A DNA stretch of 64,000 bases, taken from assembly GCA_026770705.1 (NCBI GenBank), contig JANJGN010000151.1:682001-746000 (forward strand). The letters are read 5' to 3'. Position 1 is the first letter of the stretch. Each line of letters begins with the position of its first letter. This DNA comes from Isurus oxyrinchus (taxonomy: Eukaryota). Made by a program: the position numbers and the translations under genes. The notes beneath the pieces were generated by a model, which was not told the origin of the DNA, ran no database searches, and saw only the letters and a list, made by a program, of their open reading frames with translations. Below, one piece after another: positions 50,599 through 61,871 of the stretch.

Positions 50599-51137
50599 CC
50601 TCTACGAGGAAGGCTCCGTCTGGTTCCTGTCACTGTGTCTCTCAGCCCGCAGTAATACACTGCGCTGTCAGGCAGCCGCAGGTCGCGGTTGGTGAAATTC
50701 TCCTCACTTCTGAAAGTGTCGAGAGATGCGGATAATCGAGTCCCCGCGCCCTCTGCGTTGAAAACAACCCCAGCGTAAGGGTTACAGGTCAATATTGTGG
50801 GGGCTTTTTCGCCTTCCTGATGGTACAGTTGCAATAAGCAGAAACCAAACGTGGTCGAATAGCTGAAATTAATGGTCAGCGAGTCTCCTTCAAACTGTGC
50901 CCCTGCAACCGGCTCCTGTAACACCGAGTCTGCAGAAAATTCAAAGTACAGAACTTCAACTTCTTATTATCACTGTTACAATCAGGGTTATCATGTTAAC
51001 GGAGCCCTTTACAAATAAAGGGAAACATAGTTAAAAGGAAGATCACTGTGCCAGTATAACCTGCAAAATGAAAATTGCGTAACTTTGCAATTTACCAGTT
51101 AAGAGAATCGCAGCTGTGAAGAATGAACAGACAACAT
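50599..51137 (-). pseudogene. TCR V pseudogene (inverted paralog of 40623); V exon open, leader frameshifted, nonamer decayed
   Basis: DSVLQEPVAGAQFEGDSLTINFSY...LQLYHQ...DSAVYYCGLR. Heptamer CACAGTG at 50631-50637. Leader is 42 nt versus 52 nt in its paralogs. Confidence 0.9.
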
Positions 51138-52294
51138 GTTTGCAGAGCCGATGGCGGATTTGAATAGATTGATTCCAACCAGAATTGTTTTAGTGAAGAG
51201 TTAAGAAGATGTTGAGTAATATCCGGCCCCGCGTCCGACTGGTTTATTCCTGACTGAGCTCACAGCTCTTTGTCCTTCAGTTCATCCAATCAGCTCACAG
51301 TTCCTTCAATCCGTGTCGCCAGAGAGTTCCAAATAAGCAGAGAGAGCATACGAACTTATGAAACAGGAGCTGGAGTCGGGCACTCGGTCTCTCGACCCTG
51401 CAGCACCAGCTATCTCTAATCTACCTATCTAACTCTCATCTACCTTCCTGCACTAAATCCAGGTCCCTTGTTTCCCTTCAAACCCAAAGATCTAGCAACC
51501 TCAGTCTAACATAAACTCAGCAACTACGCTCTGGAGTGTGGAATAATGAAAACTGCATTGAAGCCGATATAGTTTCTTTAAGTGGGTCAATCTTTGATGT
51601 GGAACGATGATGGGTAATATTTAAAGTTTTTCTCTGACCAGTGTTCGAGTCTCCCGTTAAAAAAGCTTCTCGATGACCGTGAAAAATACTCAGCCGATAT
51701 AAAGAGGGATCTTACATAGAATGCCACACATTCTGCACCCCGCCAACACCACCCCATATCCCGCTCCCCCAATACCACTTTTTTCTCCCTCTCTCTTCCT
51801 CTTTCTCCTTTAGCTTTGTCTACTTGTTTCCCTCTTTTTCTCTCGATATCACTTTCTGCCTATTTTACTCTGTCTTTTCTCTCTGTGGGAATATTCGCTC
51901 CTGTTTTTTATTAAGTTGAAAAGTGAAGTAATTCTTGGAGGTAATGTGGCCCATTAATCACATATCCAGAATTAGCACAAAAGTAAGAAAGTTACTGACC
52001 TAATTCAACTGTATTTGGGTTGAAAATTCTTCATCAAATGTCCCAGTAGAGCCCTGCTGTGTCCAGGCGAAGCCTCGCACACAGCATTGGAAAAAGTCTG
52101 GTGGCACAGACCCACACAATGGACACGCGCAGAGATTAGCACACAGAGAAATACATAAAAGCACTTGCAGGTGCACACACAGACATGCAAAATCAAACAC
52201 GTACTCTGAAGTGCATCAACTCAAGCACGCACGCACAGGCACACGAGGACAAGGAGAAGCATACATACACAGAGAGATATATGTCTATAGAGAG

Positions 52295-52540
52295 ATCAAT
52301 TAAAAATCAAACTGTCTCTCAGATGAATTAGAGAGAAAACTGTCTCCCATGATAGATTAAAGATTAAACTGTCTCTCAGATCCATTAAAGATTAAACTCT
52401 TTTCCGCCTTTTTGTGTTAATTCTAGACATATGATTAATGTGCCACATCACCTCCAGGAAGTACTTCACTTTTCAACTTAAGTCTCTCAGATCGATTAAC
52501 TATCAACCTGTCAAATCAAGTAAAGATCAAACTGTCTCTG
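52295..52540 (+). repeat. Short tandem repeat (attaaagattaaactgtctctcagat-like units)
   Basis: About 5 visible copies of aaactgtctc. Confidence 0.65.
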
Positions 52541-53646
52541 GCAAATTCGGGCCTGAGGAGAGGAACAAACGGAAGCTATGGCCGAGGCTACAGGAGATTG
52601 AAGACTGATCAAAGTGCGCGGCGATGAACAGCTGCAGCCGGAAGTGTTGGAGCGGAAATAGCGACGGTTGAAGCTCCAGGAGACCGTGAGCATCCTGCAC
52701 CTGTTCACTCATCAAGTGACTGAGAATAAATAGTGCGCGATGGGCAGGAAGGGAGCAGAAGCATTGTAAGTTAGGGGATGGAATGAGGACCGTATTTGTG
52801 TCTATTTGAAAGACCGATCCCAATCGCCTTTCAGAGCCTGCATTTTCCACATTGTTTTCCTTTTCCAAATTAGGACAATTCCGCATTGAAATTTATGATT
52901 GAAACCCCTTTCTCCAACATTTCAAGCATCGTATTCAAGATGGTAACATATACAATATAATAAATAAAAGAGATCTTTCCCTCAAATCTTTTCATGAAAT
53001 CGAGGTGATTTGGTTATTGAATCTTCTGACAATGGAAGAAATTGAGTTCTACTCTGAATAAAGGACAATTTTTGGCACATCAATTGAATCTCTCTTCTAC
53101 CTTCTTTGTTGCGAGGATAAGCATCCACGTTTGCCTAGTCTGTTCGCATAAACGTCCACATATCTGGTGCCATTCTGATGTGAAGCGTCCGCACTTTCTC
53201 CAAAATCTTGACATTCCTTCTACTTCGTAGTGCTCAGGCTTTGGACAGAGAACTCCAGCAATCATTTCTACAGATTTAACATCACGCCCGACCTAAAGAT
53301 CAGCAGCCGCAATGACTGTCTGAACAGCTCCAATTCAGATTCCTGGGGAGCATTCGTTTCTTGATATGTATTTCAATAAACCCTGAGTCCATTCAACGGC
53401 TGCATCCGAACACTGATTTAACCGAAATCACCAGCGGAGGGTGCCAAATTCAAGCATGGGCGTCACTAAGTCACGTGGTGGAAACGGCAAAACCAATAGG
53501 GATGGTTTCCTGAGTGAGGTCACAATGGGCCTTGCCCCCCGCAGTGTGCGGGAGGAACAATGAGCTGGGCAGAGCCCGGGTTCCCTCTCTCCTTCTCCAT
53601 CTCTCGCTCATTCCATTCACATTCGCTGAGAGAGATTCAGTCTGAC

Positions 53647-54214
53647 ATGTTGCTGATAATACTGAGGGCGCTGTTCGACAGTAAGTACTGGATTAAGTTG
53701 ATCAAGGCAGATCGGTAGATTAGTGTACAGAGATTGCGATAGTTTTTAGTAGAATTCACGATCAGAAATATCCATAGTATGGATAACTAGGTAGATAGGA
53801 GGTTCTGCAAACCCAAACAGCTACAAACAAATTGAGATCAACACTGTTTAACCGCTTGATATTTCATTCCTCTACCTCACAGGCGGACGACGCGCACATC
53901 CAGTAACTCAGTCCCCGGTCGCACTAACGGTGTCGGAAGGGGGTTTGGTGCAGTTAGATTGTGAATATACAGATCGGAATCTAAACTACATGCAATGGTA
54001 TCGGCAGCAGACGGCACAGCCGCCAAGATGGATTATTACCAATGTCTTAGCACTGAAGAAAAATTAAATTTCAGGACGGTATCTGGCGGCTGCTGACATG
54101 TCTCAAAAGAACGGTTACCTCAACATAAGCGAACTGAGTGTGGAGGACGGGGCGGTGTATTACTCTGCAATGAGGCACAGCGTTAGATCACAGCTAGAAC
54201 CCCATACCTCAGCG
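53647..54214 (+). pseudogene. TCR V pseudogene
   Basis: Leader MLLIILRALFD. HPVTQSPVALTVSEGGLVQLDCEY..MQWYRQQ...KKN*ISGRY...DGAVYYSAMR (stop, Cys104>Ser). RSS CACAGCG, 23 bp, decayed nonamer. Confidence 0.92.
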
Positions 54215-54384
54215 AGAACTTACAGCTTCGATAAGCTTTCTTATGTGCTTTTGTGAATGGGAAGGGTTTCATCCTGGGTTCCTGAAAAGCAAAACAGACA
54301 GGTCTATTTACCGCAGTTTTATTGCTCTTTTTGTCCTTGTCTAAATCCACAGAGAGACAGTTTTGGGGGGAAAAATGTTTGTTC

Positions 54385-54710
54385 TTTCATGGGATGTGGG
54401 CGTCACTGGCTAGGCCAGCATTTGTTGCCCATCCCCAAATTGGCCTTGTTCAGTGGACATTTTAGAGTTAACCACATTGCTGTGGGCCTGGAGCCACATG
54501 TAGGCCAGGCCAGGTAAGGAAGACAGATTTCCCTCCCTAAAGTACAACAGTGAACCAAATGGGTTTTTATAACAACCGTTTTATGGTCATCATTATACTT
54601 TTAAATTGAATTTAAATTCCACTAAAGCGGGATTCGAACCGGAGCCCCCAAAGGGTTAGCCCGGATTCTTAAAGCACTATTGTAAGGATAATACCAGTAC
54701 ACCATCGTGT
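54385..54710 (-). mobile_element. SINE-like repeat
   Basis: Contains gggattcgaacc (B-box GGTTCGAATCCC on minus) and the LINE-derived tail. Confidence 0.75.
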
Positions 54711-54990
54711 CCAAGCAAGCCAAGCTATTTCCATGCAGCTATTTGTAGCGTAACCAGTTCCGAACTTACTCGGAATATCGATTTGCCAACAGAGGTAATG
54801 AAATCTCTCAGAAGTGGAGTTCCTATAGCTGATAATTATGGGCTATTCTTACAGAACCGTTAACTCAGGTGGACCCAGGGTGGATAGGTGGTTGGGTGGA
54901 CTGATCAGTTTATTCTACCTTTTTCCACAAGCACTACATTTAGTTTTCCTTGTATATATCATTATATTAGTTTCATTCTTGTTTTGGCAG

Positions 54991-55310
54991 CTACTCCTTG
55001 TCACTGGGAAACAAATGCTGGTATTGGTTTATCGGGAACGCAAGGACATTCATTTTGCTTCACCATAACTCTACTTTCGCTGCAAATGAACTTACATTCT
55101 TGCACCGCCAATTCTCTGATTGCGCCCCCAGAGCATCTCTTCTCCATATTCAGTGATGAAAGAGTTGAATGAAGATTTAAAGTATCTGTGGACCATGTGA
55201 AAGGCTCTACCACTCTTACCGTTCACTCGGTTAAGTTCTCAGTTGCTACGGTGTAGAACAGTGCAGTGAAACACGTGGAGGTACGGAGGGGAGGAGACTG
55301 CGCTAGAACT
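54991..55310 (+). pseudogene. TCR V pseudogene (inverted paralog of 33971)
   Basis: ELTFLHRQFSDCAP/PEHLFSIFSDERVE*RFKVSVDHVKGSTTLTV..SAVK. Decayed RSS starting CACGTGG. Confidence 0.75.
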
Positions 55311-55479
55311 CATTCGACATGGGGACTGGGGAGACATTCGGGACATGGGCTTAAGAAGCGGGAGTGATTCTGCAAAAAAAAACTGTTCATCATCCGAGTA
55401 ACTGAATAAAAATATTTTTTTTATTATTTCATAATAATACAGCATACAGATTAACGACCTCTATAAAAATAAATCACGC

Positions 55480-55770
55480 ATGGAAAGGATCTTTCCTCTT
55501 GTGGGAAAAGCTAGAACTAGGGGTCACTGTTTAAAAATAAGGGGTCTCCTATTTAAATCAGAGATGAGAGGAAAATTTTCTCTCAGAAAGAGTAAGTGTT
55601 TGGAACCCCCTTCCTCAAAGGTCAGGGGAAACAGGGTCTTTGAATCTTTTCAAGGAGAGGGTGATCAATTTTTGATAAACAAGGGAGTGGAAGGTAACCG
55701 GGGTTAGGTGAGAGTTTACAATCAAATCAGACATGACCTTATTGGACGGCGGGGTATTTGTATGCTCATA
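55480..55770 (+). mobile_element. CR1 LINE 3' end
   Basis: MERIFPLVGKARTRGHCLKIRG. Confidence 0.85.
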
Positions 55771-57429
55771 TATATCTGGCATCCTGAAATTTGATTGACA
55801 TCGTTCTTTGATGATTAAGGTGTTTGCAAGCATTACATTCTTCTGAAATGATCGATCACAACCTCATCAGTTACGGATTTATGAATTTATGAACAAGATG
55901 CCCCCCTATCTATGCAAATGAACAGGTACTGTCCGAATGACGTGGGCACGTCAGAAAATTGAGTCAAATAGTCTAGGAATGAATATTAATTAGTAACGGT
56001 AGTATACGCAAAACATCGAAAAGATAGCACTTCCAGTAATAGTAAAACTAAAGCTACAAGAACCATAATCACGTGGCAGAATAGTGATCCAGCAATATCA
56101 TTCAGCAATATTCGAGAATAAATTGAGAGTCGTTGTTTTACAGGCAGGATCCCACTACATGGCGCTCCAGGACCTTATCTTTGCAGAAAACGTAGCAAGC
56201 CGTCAGTTCACGGCTCTGACACGTGACAGTTGGGGAATACTGGAAATATTTTGGCGTTGTGAGATGTTACTGTAAACAATAGTGTATATAGGTTAAGAAT
56301 CGATAGGTGAATTACAGAAGATACTTAGAGGTTGAGGCCTATAAATCATTATATTTTTTGGTCCAATATAACTGCATAGTCCGAAGTAAAAGGTTATCGC
56401 ATTGAGAGAAAGAGAGAGATAGTGAGAAAAAGAGAGAGATAGAGCGAGACAGAGAGATAGAGGGCGGGACAGAGAGACAGAGACAAAGAGACAGAGAGAG
56501 AGATATAGGGAGGGAGAGACCAGTTCATCTTTTCGTGACCGAATATTTTGGTCACTATTGGTCACAATTTCAAAATATCAGGAAAATACCGGAACACTCA
56601 AATCCCTTCACTCCACTATAAGAGTCAGAGAGACAACCCTTTCTGGCAGAGAATCAAAGATTCCCACTGCCCACTGTGTAAATAATATTACTAACATCAG
56701 AACAGCGGCTACACTGGAAAGGTACTTCGTCCGGTTGGGAAGTGCTTACTGACATCCTGCATCTGTAAGAGGCTATTTCTCTTTTCGTGTGATATTTGAT
56801 TCCAGGGTTAAAATGTAATGGCTCCCTGCTTCCAGGGGGCCAGTAAAGTTTATTTCTTTAAATTTCCTTCTCTTCATTTCAATCCTTTTTTATGGGTTAT
56901 GCTGTTGAGGGGTCCCCACGTCCTGGGATTACCAGGATTCTGTCTCCAGTCTGTTCACAGATTCTGTCCGCTCACGGGGCATGCGTAATCTGTCGGAAAC
57001 AACAATCCGAGAATTTACTGAGGAGACCCTGACGGAAACTGACTTCCCGTGCAGGAGGGCCTGTGATCGAGTCGCCGAGAGGTCACTGCACCCCATATGT
57101 TAGTCATCAGCCTGATCACCACTATAAACGATTTGTATTCATTTCCTTGAAAGTGTGTATATAAACTATATACATTTGCAGAAAGGTGCACATGCATAAC
57201 AATACAAAGGCCCTTCCGCCAACACTACTTGTCAGCCGAGGCTCAGTTACCCACCCTACCGCCTCTGGACAAGAAGCTTCAGGAGACATGTCCCCCAGAA
57301 TCTATAACGACTCATCACTTCAGTCCTCAGGGAAATATGCACAGTCAGAGGGGCCGGCTTTCGGATGAGTAGACCACTATTTTGAAGCAGAGAAGGGAAA
57401 TTGGCCTGGACAATATTTCTCCACCAATC

Positions 57430-57800
57430 ACTGTCACTGAAATGGTCGTTGTTGTTGAAGGTCAGTCATCTCAGTTCAAGGACATCACTGCAAGAGTTCC
57501 TGTGTAGTGTCCTAGTCCCAACCACCTTCAGCTGTTTCATCAGTGACCTTCCTTCCATCATAAAGCCAGAAGTGGGGATATTTTGCGGATAATTGCACAA
57601 CGTTCAGCACCATTCGCGACTCCTCAGATACTGAAGCAGCCCATGTCCAAATGCAGCAAGATCTAAAACTTGGGATGAGAAGGGGCAGATAACATTCAAG
57701 CAACACAAGTGCCAGGCAATGAAAATCTTCAACAAGAGAGAATCTAACCATGGCCGTTTGACATTCAGTTGCACTACCATCACTAAATCCCCTGATATTC
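57430..57800 (+). mobile_element. LINE RT fragment
   Basis: VLVPTTFSCFISDLPSII, same family as 16270-17410. Confidence 0.85.
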
Positions 57801-58020
57801 TTTGACTCCTTTGTCAGTCAATATCTATTTAACACAGCTTTACTAATATTCAATAACCCTGCCTCCACCATTCTCTGGGGCAGAGGCTACCCAGACCCTT
57901 GAACTGCTGAGCGACAAAAATTCTCCTCAACTTAAATTGGAGATCCCTTATTTTTAAACTCTGTCCCCTAGTTCTAGTCTCCCTCAAAAGGGGGAACATA
58001 TTTTCCACATCCACCCTGTG
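57800..58020 (-). mobile_element. CR1 LINE 3' fragment
   Basis: RVDVENMFPLLRETRTRGQSLKIR. Confidence 0.8.
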
Positions 58021-58039
58021 GATATAAGACATAGCGTGC

Positions 58040-58460
58040 TCGTCTGTACGAAGCACATCATTATTCATGTTTACTAATGCATGCCCCTGGTTATATTGAA
58101 CTAAACGCTGTCTCATTTATTACTACAAACGGATATGCCTTTGTTTAATTTACACACGATCATGCTTCCATTGTTATTGTCCTTGAGCACGGTTTTATTT
58201 ACATAACGGAAGTCCCGGCCTCAATTATCAATGCAATGCACCGTGCCTTTGTTCATATTATATTACTTGCTGGCCCTAGTATTAATCAACTACACATTGC
58301 CTCCATCGCATTAAAGCACATCTCCTCTTGTCAAATTAAATACTACCCCAGTGATTACGTCATGACACCTTTTATCTTTATTCATATTACATTTGAAACC
58401 GTTTTTCATTCTATCATACCAGACCTTCCCTGTCGCTGCTCATATTACACTGGACCATGT
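58040..58460 (-). repeat. Degenerate ~27-bp tandem repeat block (inverted)
   Basis: tattacactggaccatg and similar, the reverse of the 13965-15760 motif. Confidence 0.55.
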
Positions 58461-61135
58461 TAACATACGCACTAGAAGCAGGAATAGGCCACTCGGCCCC
58501 TCGAGTTCGTTCCACCATTCAATAAGGTCATGACTGATTTTATTGTAACCTCGGCCTGAGATTCCTGCCAATCCCCGATAACCTCTCGCCCCCAGAGCCA
58601 CCGTGAAGTACTTTTCGGTTGGCCTGACGTCGCGAAAAGCGCAGTTTACACCCACACAGCATCGGGTGAAGCCAATCGACAACTGCGTTTTGCCGGGTTT
58701 CTGAAAGAACTATTCAGTTAGCAGGAGAGGCGCCTCCAGTCGGCGAACTAGGTGATGGCCTCGGACTACAATGTCTGGAGGGACGAGTGGTAGGGAATAG
58801 GAGTGCGGGGGCAAAAAAAACTGCCAATTAAAAAATGAGCTGAAAGCCGGCCGTGATTGTATTGATGAGTAAATTGCAAATTTGTTTCGACTTTCCAACA
58901 GATGACGTTATGAAAGGAATGGATTGAATCCATAACTCTAGCTGTATTTTCCTTTAGAATTAGTAGATAACTAGCAGTTCCTTACACTCCTCTGCTTTTT
59001 TCACCAAGTCCCCCTTTTCCAGCATTTATCCAATTCCCATTTGGAATTTATTGTTTAGTCTGGGTCCAGCTTCCTTTCGGACAGCACATTCGGGATCAAA
59101 ACTCAAAAATGACTTCTCATGTTATCAAATACTTTATTTTAAGTATCAGGGCTAAACTTAGAGATCGAGTCTCTGCGGTGTGGAGTTGGTGCTGAGAAAG
59201 AATGAATGAAAGAAGGAAAAACAATCAGGTATTTACAGAGCGTCCTTTCCGGCCTCCGGGAGCCCAAATGGCTTTACAGCCAATTAGAAATTTCCTGTTG
59301 CTTTGCAGGAAACGTGGCAGCAAAAGGTAGGCAGAGCAAGATTCCACAAAACGTAATGAGAAAAACGAGCACAAAACTGTCTTCAGTGGTGTTAAATGAA
59401 GGATAAATAATGGCCAAGGTCACTGGGGAGAATTCTTTGCTGTTTTCTTAAATCTTTGAATAGAGACATTTCGCAATCCACCTGAGAGCGTAGCCAGAGT
59501 CCATCGTTCAGCGTCTCATCCAGAAAGTCAGCATGTACAATCGCTCAGGATTCCATCAGTGTAGATAACAGCAGACTGTTGGCGCTGCACTATGAGTTTT
59601 ATATGCCTCCAATGTGGGAGCTTGAGCGGACAATTTATGGGTAAGGTGACAGAAAGTTCTATGCACTGAGACACTCTGGTGGAAGAGAAACACCATGAAG
59701 GGGTTTTATTTTTTTTTTCACCAGTTAAGGATGAGAACTTACCTGTCTGTCCGGGGTATTTTCCGGGCAGAGGCGGAGGAAAACAAGCACAGAATTCCCT
59801 GGGGGTTTCAGCGGGACCTTTGAATGTGACAGTCTGCGCATACTCAGCCCAGTGATCGGCAGTTGGGAGCATTGCAGTCATCACCAAGGCGCCTGCGTGC
59901 TGGTGGTGGCTCACGAACACGACCCCGGCATGGGTATAGGTGGTGGGGAAAAAAAGCCTGGTGGATATTAGCAAAAAATGGTAAAAAAAACGGGCACTAT
60001 GATGACAGTCACGTATTTGGGTGAATATTAGGACATTGCGGGTACCCTGTTGTGCTGGAATGTCAATAAGAATATCGAATATGTTTCTGTGAAATGCAGT
60101 CGACTAGTTCTGTGTGACTTCCCGTCGGCCTTGCTTGTGTGCCGCACAGTCATCCATTTTTGTGCGGCTAGAAGCTATCGGGAATTTCCCGTTTCTTCCG
60201 TTATTGACATTTCGAGGTCTGCCTGCAATATTGCACAGTCCCTTTCCCATCAACTCTGTCATGACCTGGAGTCTTTACTCGCAGACTCTGTCACTGTTAA
60301 AGATAATTCTGAATATTACAGAACTGGAAACCAATCCTCACTGAATGGAAACATCATTTTAAATGCAAAACAGAGAAGGGAATCGTTTGTTTAAATGAGA
60401 GAGGGGGGTTGTTTTTCGCGTATGTTGTATATATCTGCCTGGATGTTGTCAATGGGCTGTATCATATTGCAAGCTGATCCTCAGAGGCTGGACTGAGGGA
60501 AGCAGCGGCGCCTCAGGCTCTCTCCTTCAGATCAGGTACTCAACCCAGATCCCGTCAACCCCTTCAGGGTGTTAATGAATTCCCGGCAGTATTGCAATGA
60601 GTGGAAGTAAGACCACACAGTAAATACACATGGAACCACCTCCCAGCTCCTTACTACAGCGTGAAGGAGGGCAGCAGCACCAACTGACAGAATCATGCCC
60701 ATCTCACACCGCCCTGTTCAACAGAGAAATGTGGAAGGGGATTTAACATCCAGCTCCAATGAAGCGAAAGATAGTCATAAGGTTCCCTCATTCAGCCTGA
60801 GAGTTATTCACGCAACACACAACCAGAGACCGTGGATCCTTGCGGCCCACCACTGATCTCGCGGATACTGCCCTCTGCAAATCAGCATGACCCCACATTA
60901 AGCAGGGCATCCCAAACTGTGTGTCACGCGACACCCAGTGGGGTTACGAGGCCGAATTTGGGGGTCGTGAGTTCCGAAGCAGCAACAGACTGAGTGCAAC
61001 AGCTCCGCCCCTTTGAACTCTCGTTTTATTTAAACGGCAGGCGTGGCCTAATTTTCGTGCCTAGAATCTTTCAGTCCAGCTCTGAGGTCCGGCCTCCCAG
61101 TGCAGTCCAGGGCTGCAGTCTCCAACTCCCCGTCA

Positions 61136-61141
61136 TATAAA
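61136..61141 (+). promoter_or_regulatory. TATA box upstream of the NAR-TCR V leader
   Basis: TATAAA 30 bp before the ATG at 61166. Confidence 0.45.
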
Positions 61142-61165
61142 CCCCCAGCTCCAGGCAGCAGAACG

Positions 61166-61668
61166 ATGGGAATCCACTTTGTTTTCACCCTGTGTGTCTG
61201 TTTACCCCGTGAGTACCGATCACACAAACCGACATTATGTGGATTTCATATAAGGCTGCCCGAGTCCATCCCAATTACAGACAGGGGGTTTAACCCGGTT
61301 CTGTGATTCGGCTCTGATGGTCCATGAAACTATCTCTGTTTAATTTCCAGGAGTTTTCAGTCAGCAGTGACACAAACCCCGGCAGCGGTGACCAGGAAGT
61401 AATGCCAGTCTCTCACCATTACCTGTGTTTTCCACGCTGGTTATTGGGATATTGTCCAAACGGTGCTTTTCATCAGACAAACCCAGACCGGAGCAGAGCG
61501 GGAGCGGATCTCCAGCGGGGGGACATTGTTTGTGTCAATGGATAAAACAGAAAGACATTTTCGTTGGAAATTTGGGATGTGAGAGTTGAAGGCACTGCCA
61601 CCTATTACTGTAAAGCTCAGTACTACGTTACACAGCGACTGGCCTTGGCTTCCCGGGATACAAACATT
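61166..61668 (+). pseudogene. NAR-TCR (IgNAR-like) V segment pseudogene
   Basis: Leader MGIHFVFTLCVCLP (61166-61208). SAVTQTPAAVTRK*CQSLTITCVF...FIRQTQTGAERERISSGG / KTFSLEIWDVRVEGTATYYCKAQYY, with no CDR2 and an extra FR1 Cys. RSS CACAGCG (61631-61637), 22 bp, ACAAACATT. Confidence 0.9.
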
Positions 61669-61871
61669 CTCATGCAGATTATCACAAAAACAAGTAAAAA
61701 AGCGGAGTTAATTCTGCCGTTAAACGCCCAGAGTTCAGCCTCATACCGTCTGTCCCCCAGTCTAGTTTGTAGTGAGATTGGATTATTACCGTTAACAACT
61801 TGAGTTTTAAAACTGCGAAGCGTGTGCGGATGGTGAAGGCTTCCCCGGGGTTGGTGTCGGTGAAACAGTGG

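Noticed and set aside
52560-52710. Resemblance to TXNL1 or DAD1 N-termini
   Set aside because: Only a few residues match and similarity does not extend
57010-57090. J-like ending VSVRVSS followed by gtaaat (minus)
   Set aside because: No F/W-G-x-G motif and no properly spaced RSS
59528-59974. 148-aa ORF
   Set aside because: Runs through a splice donor with no recognisable homology. Treated as possible non-coding exon only.
60110-60300. Possible V/light-chain relic (QYCRQ...EIPDSF, minus)
   Set aside because: Too few diagnostic residues, no YYC and no RSS
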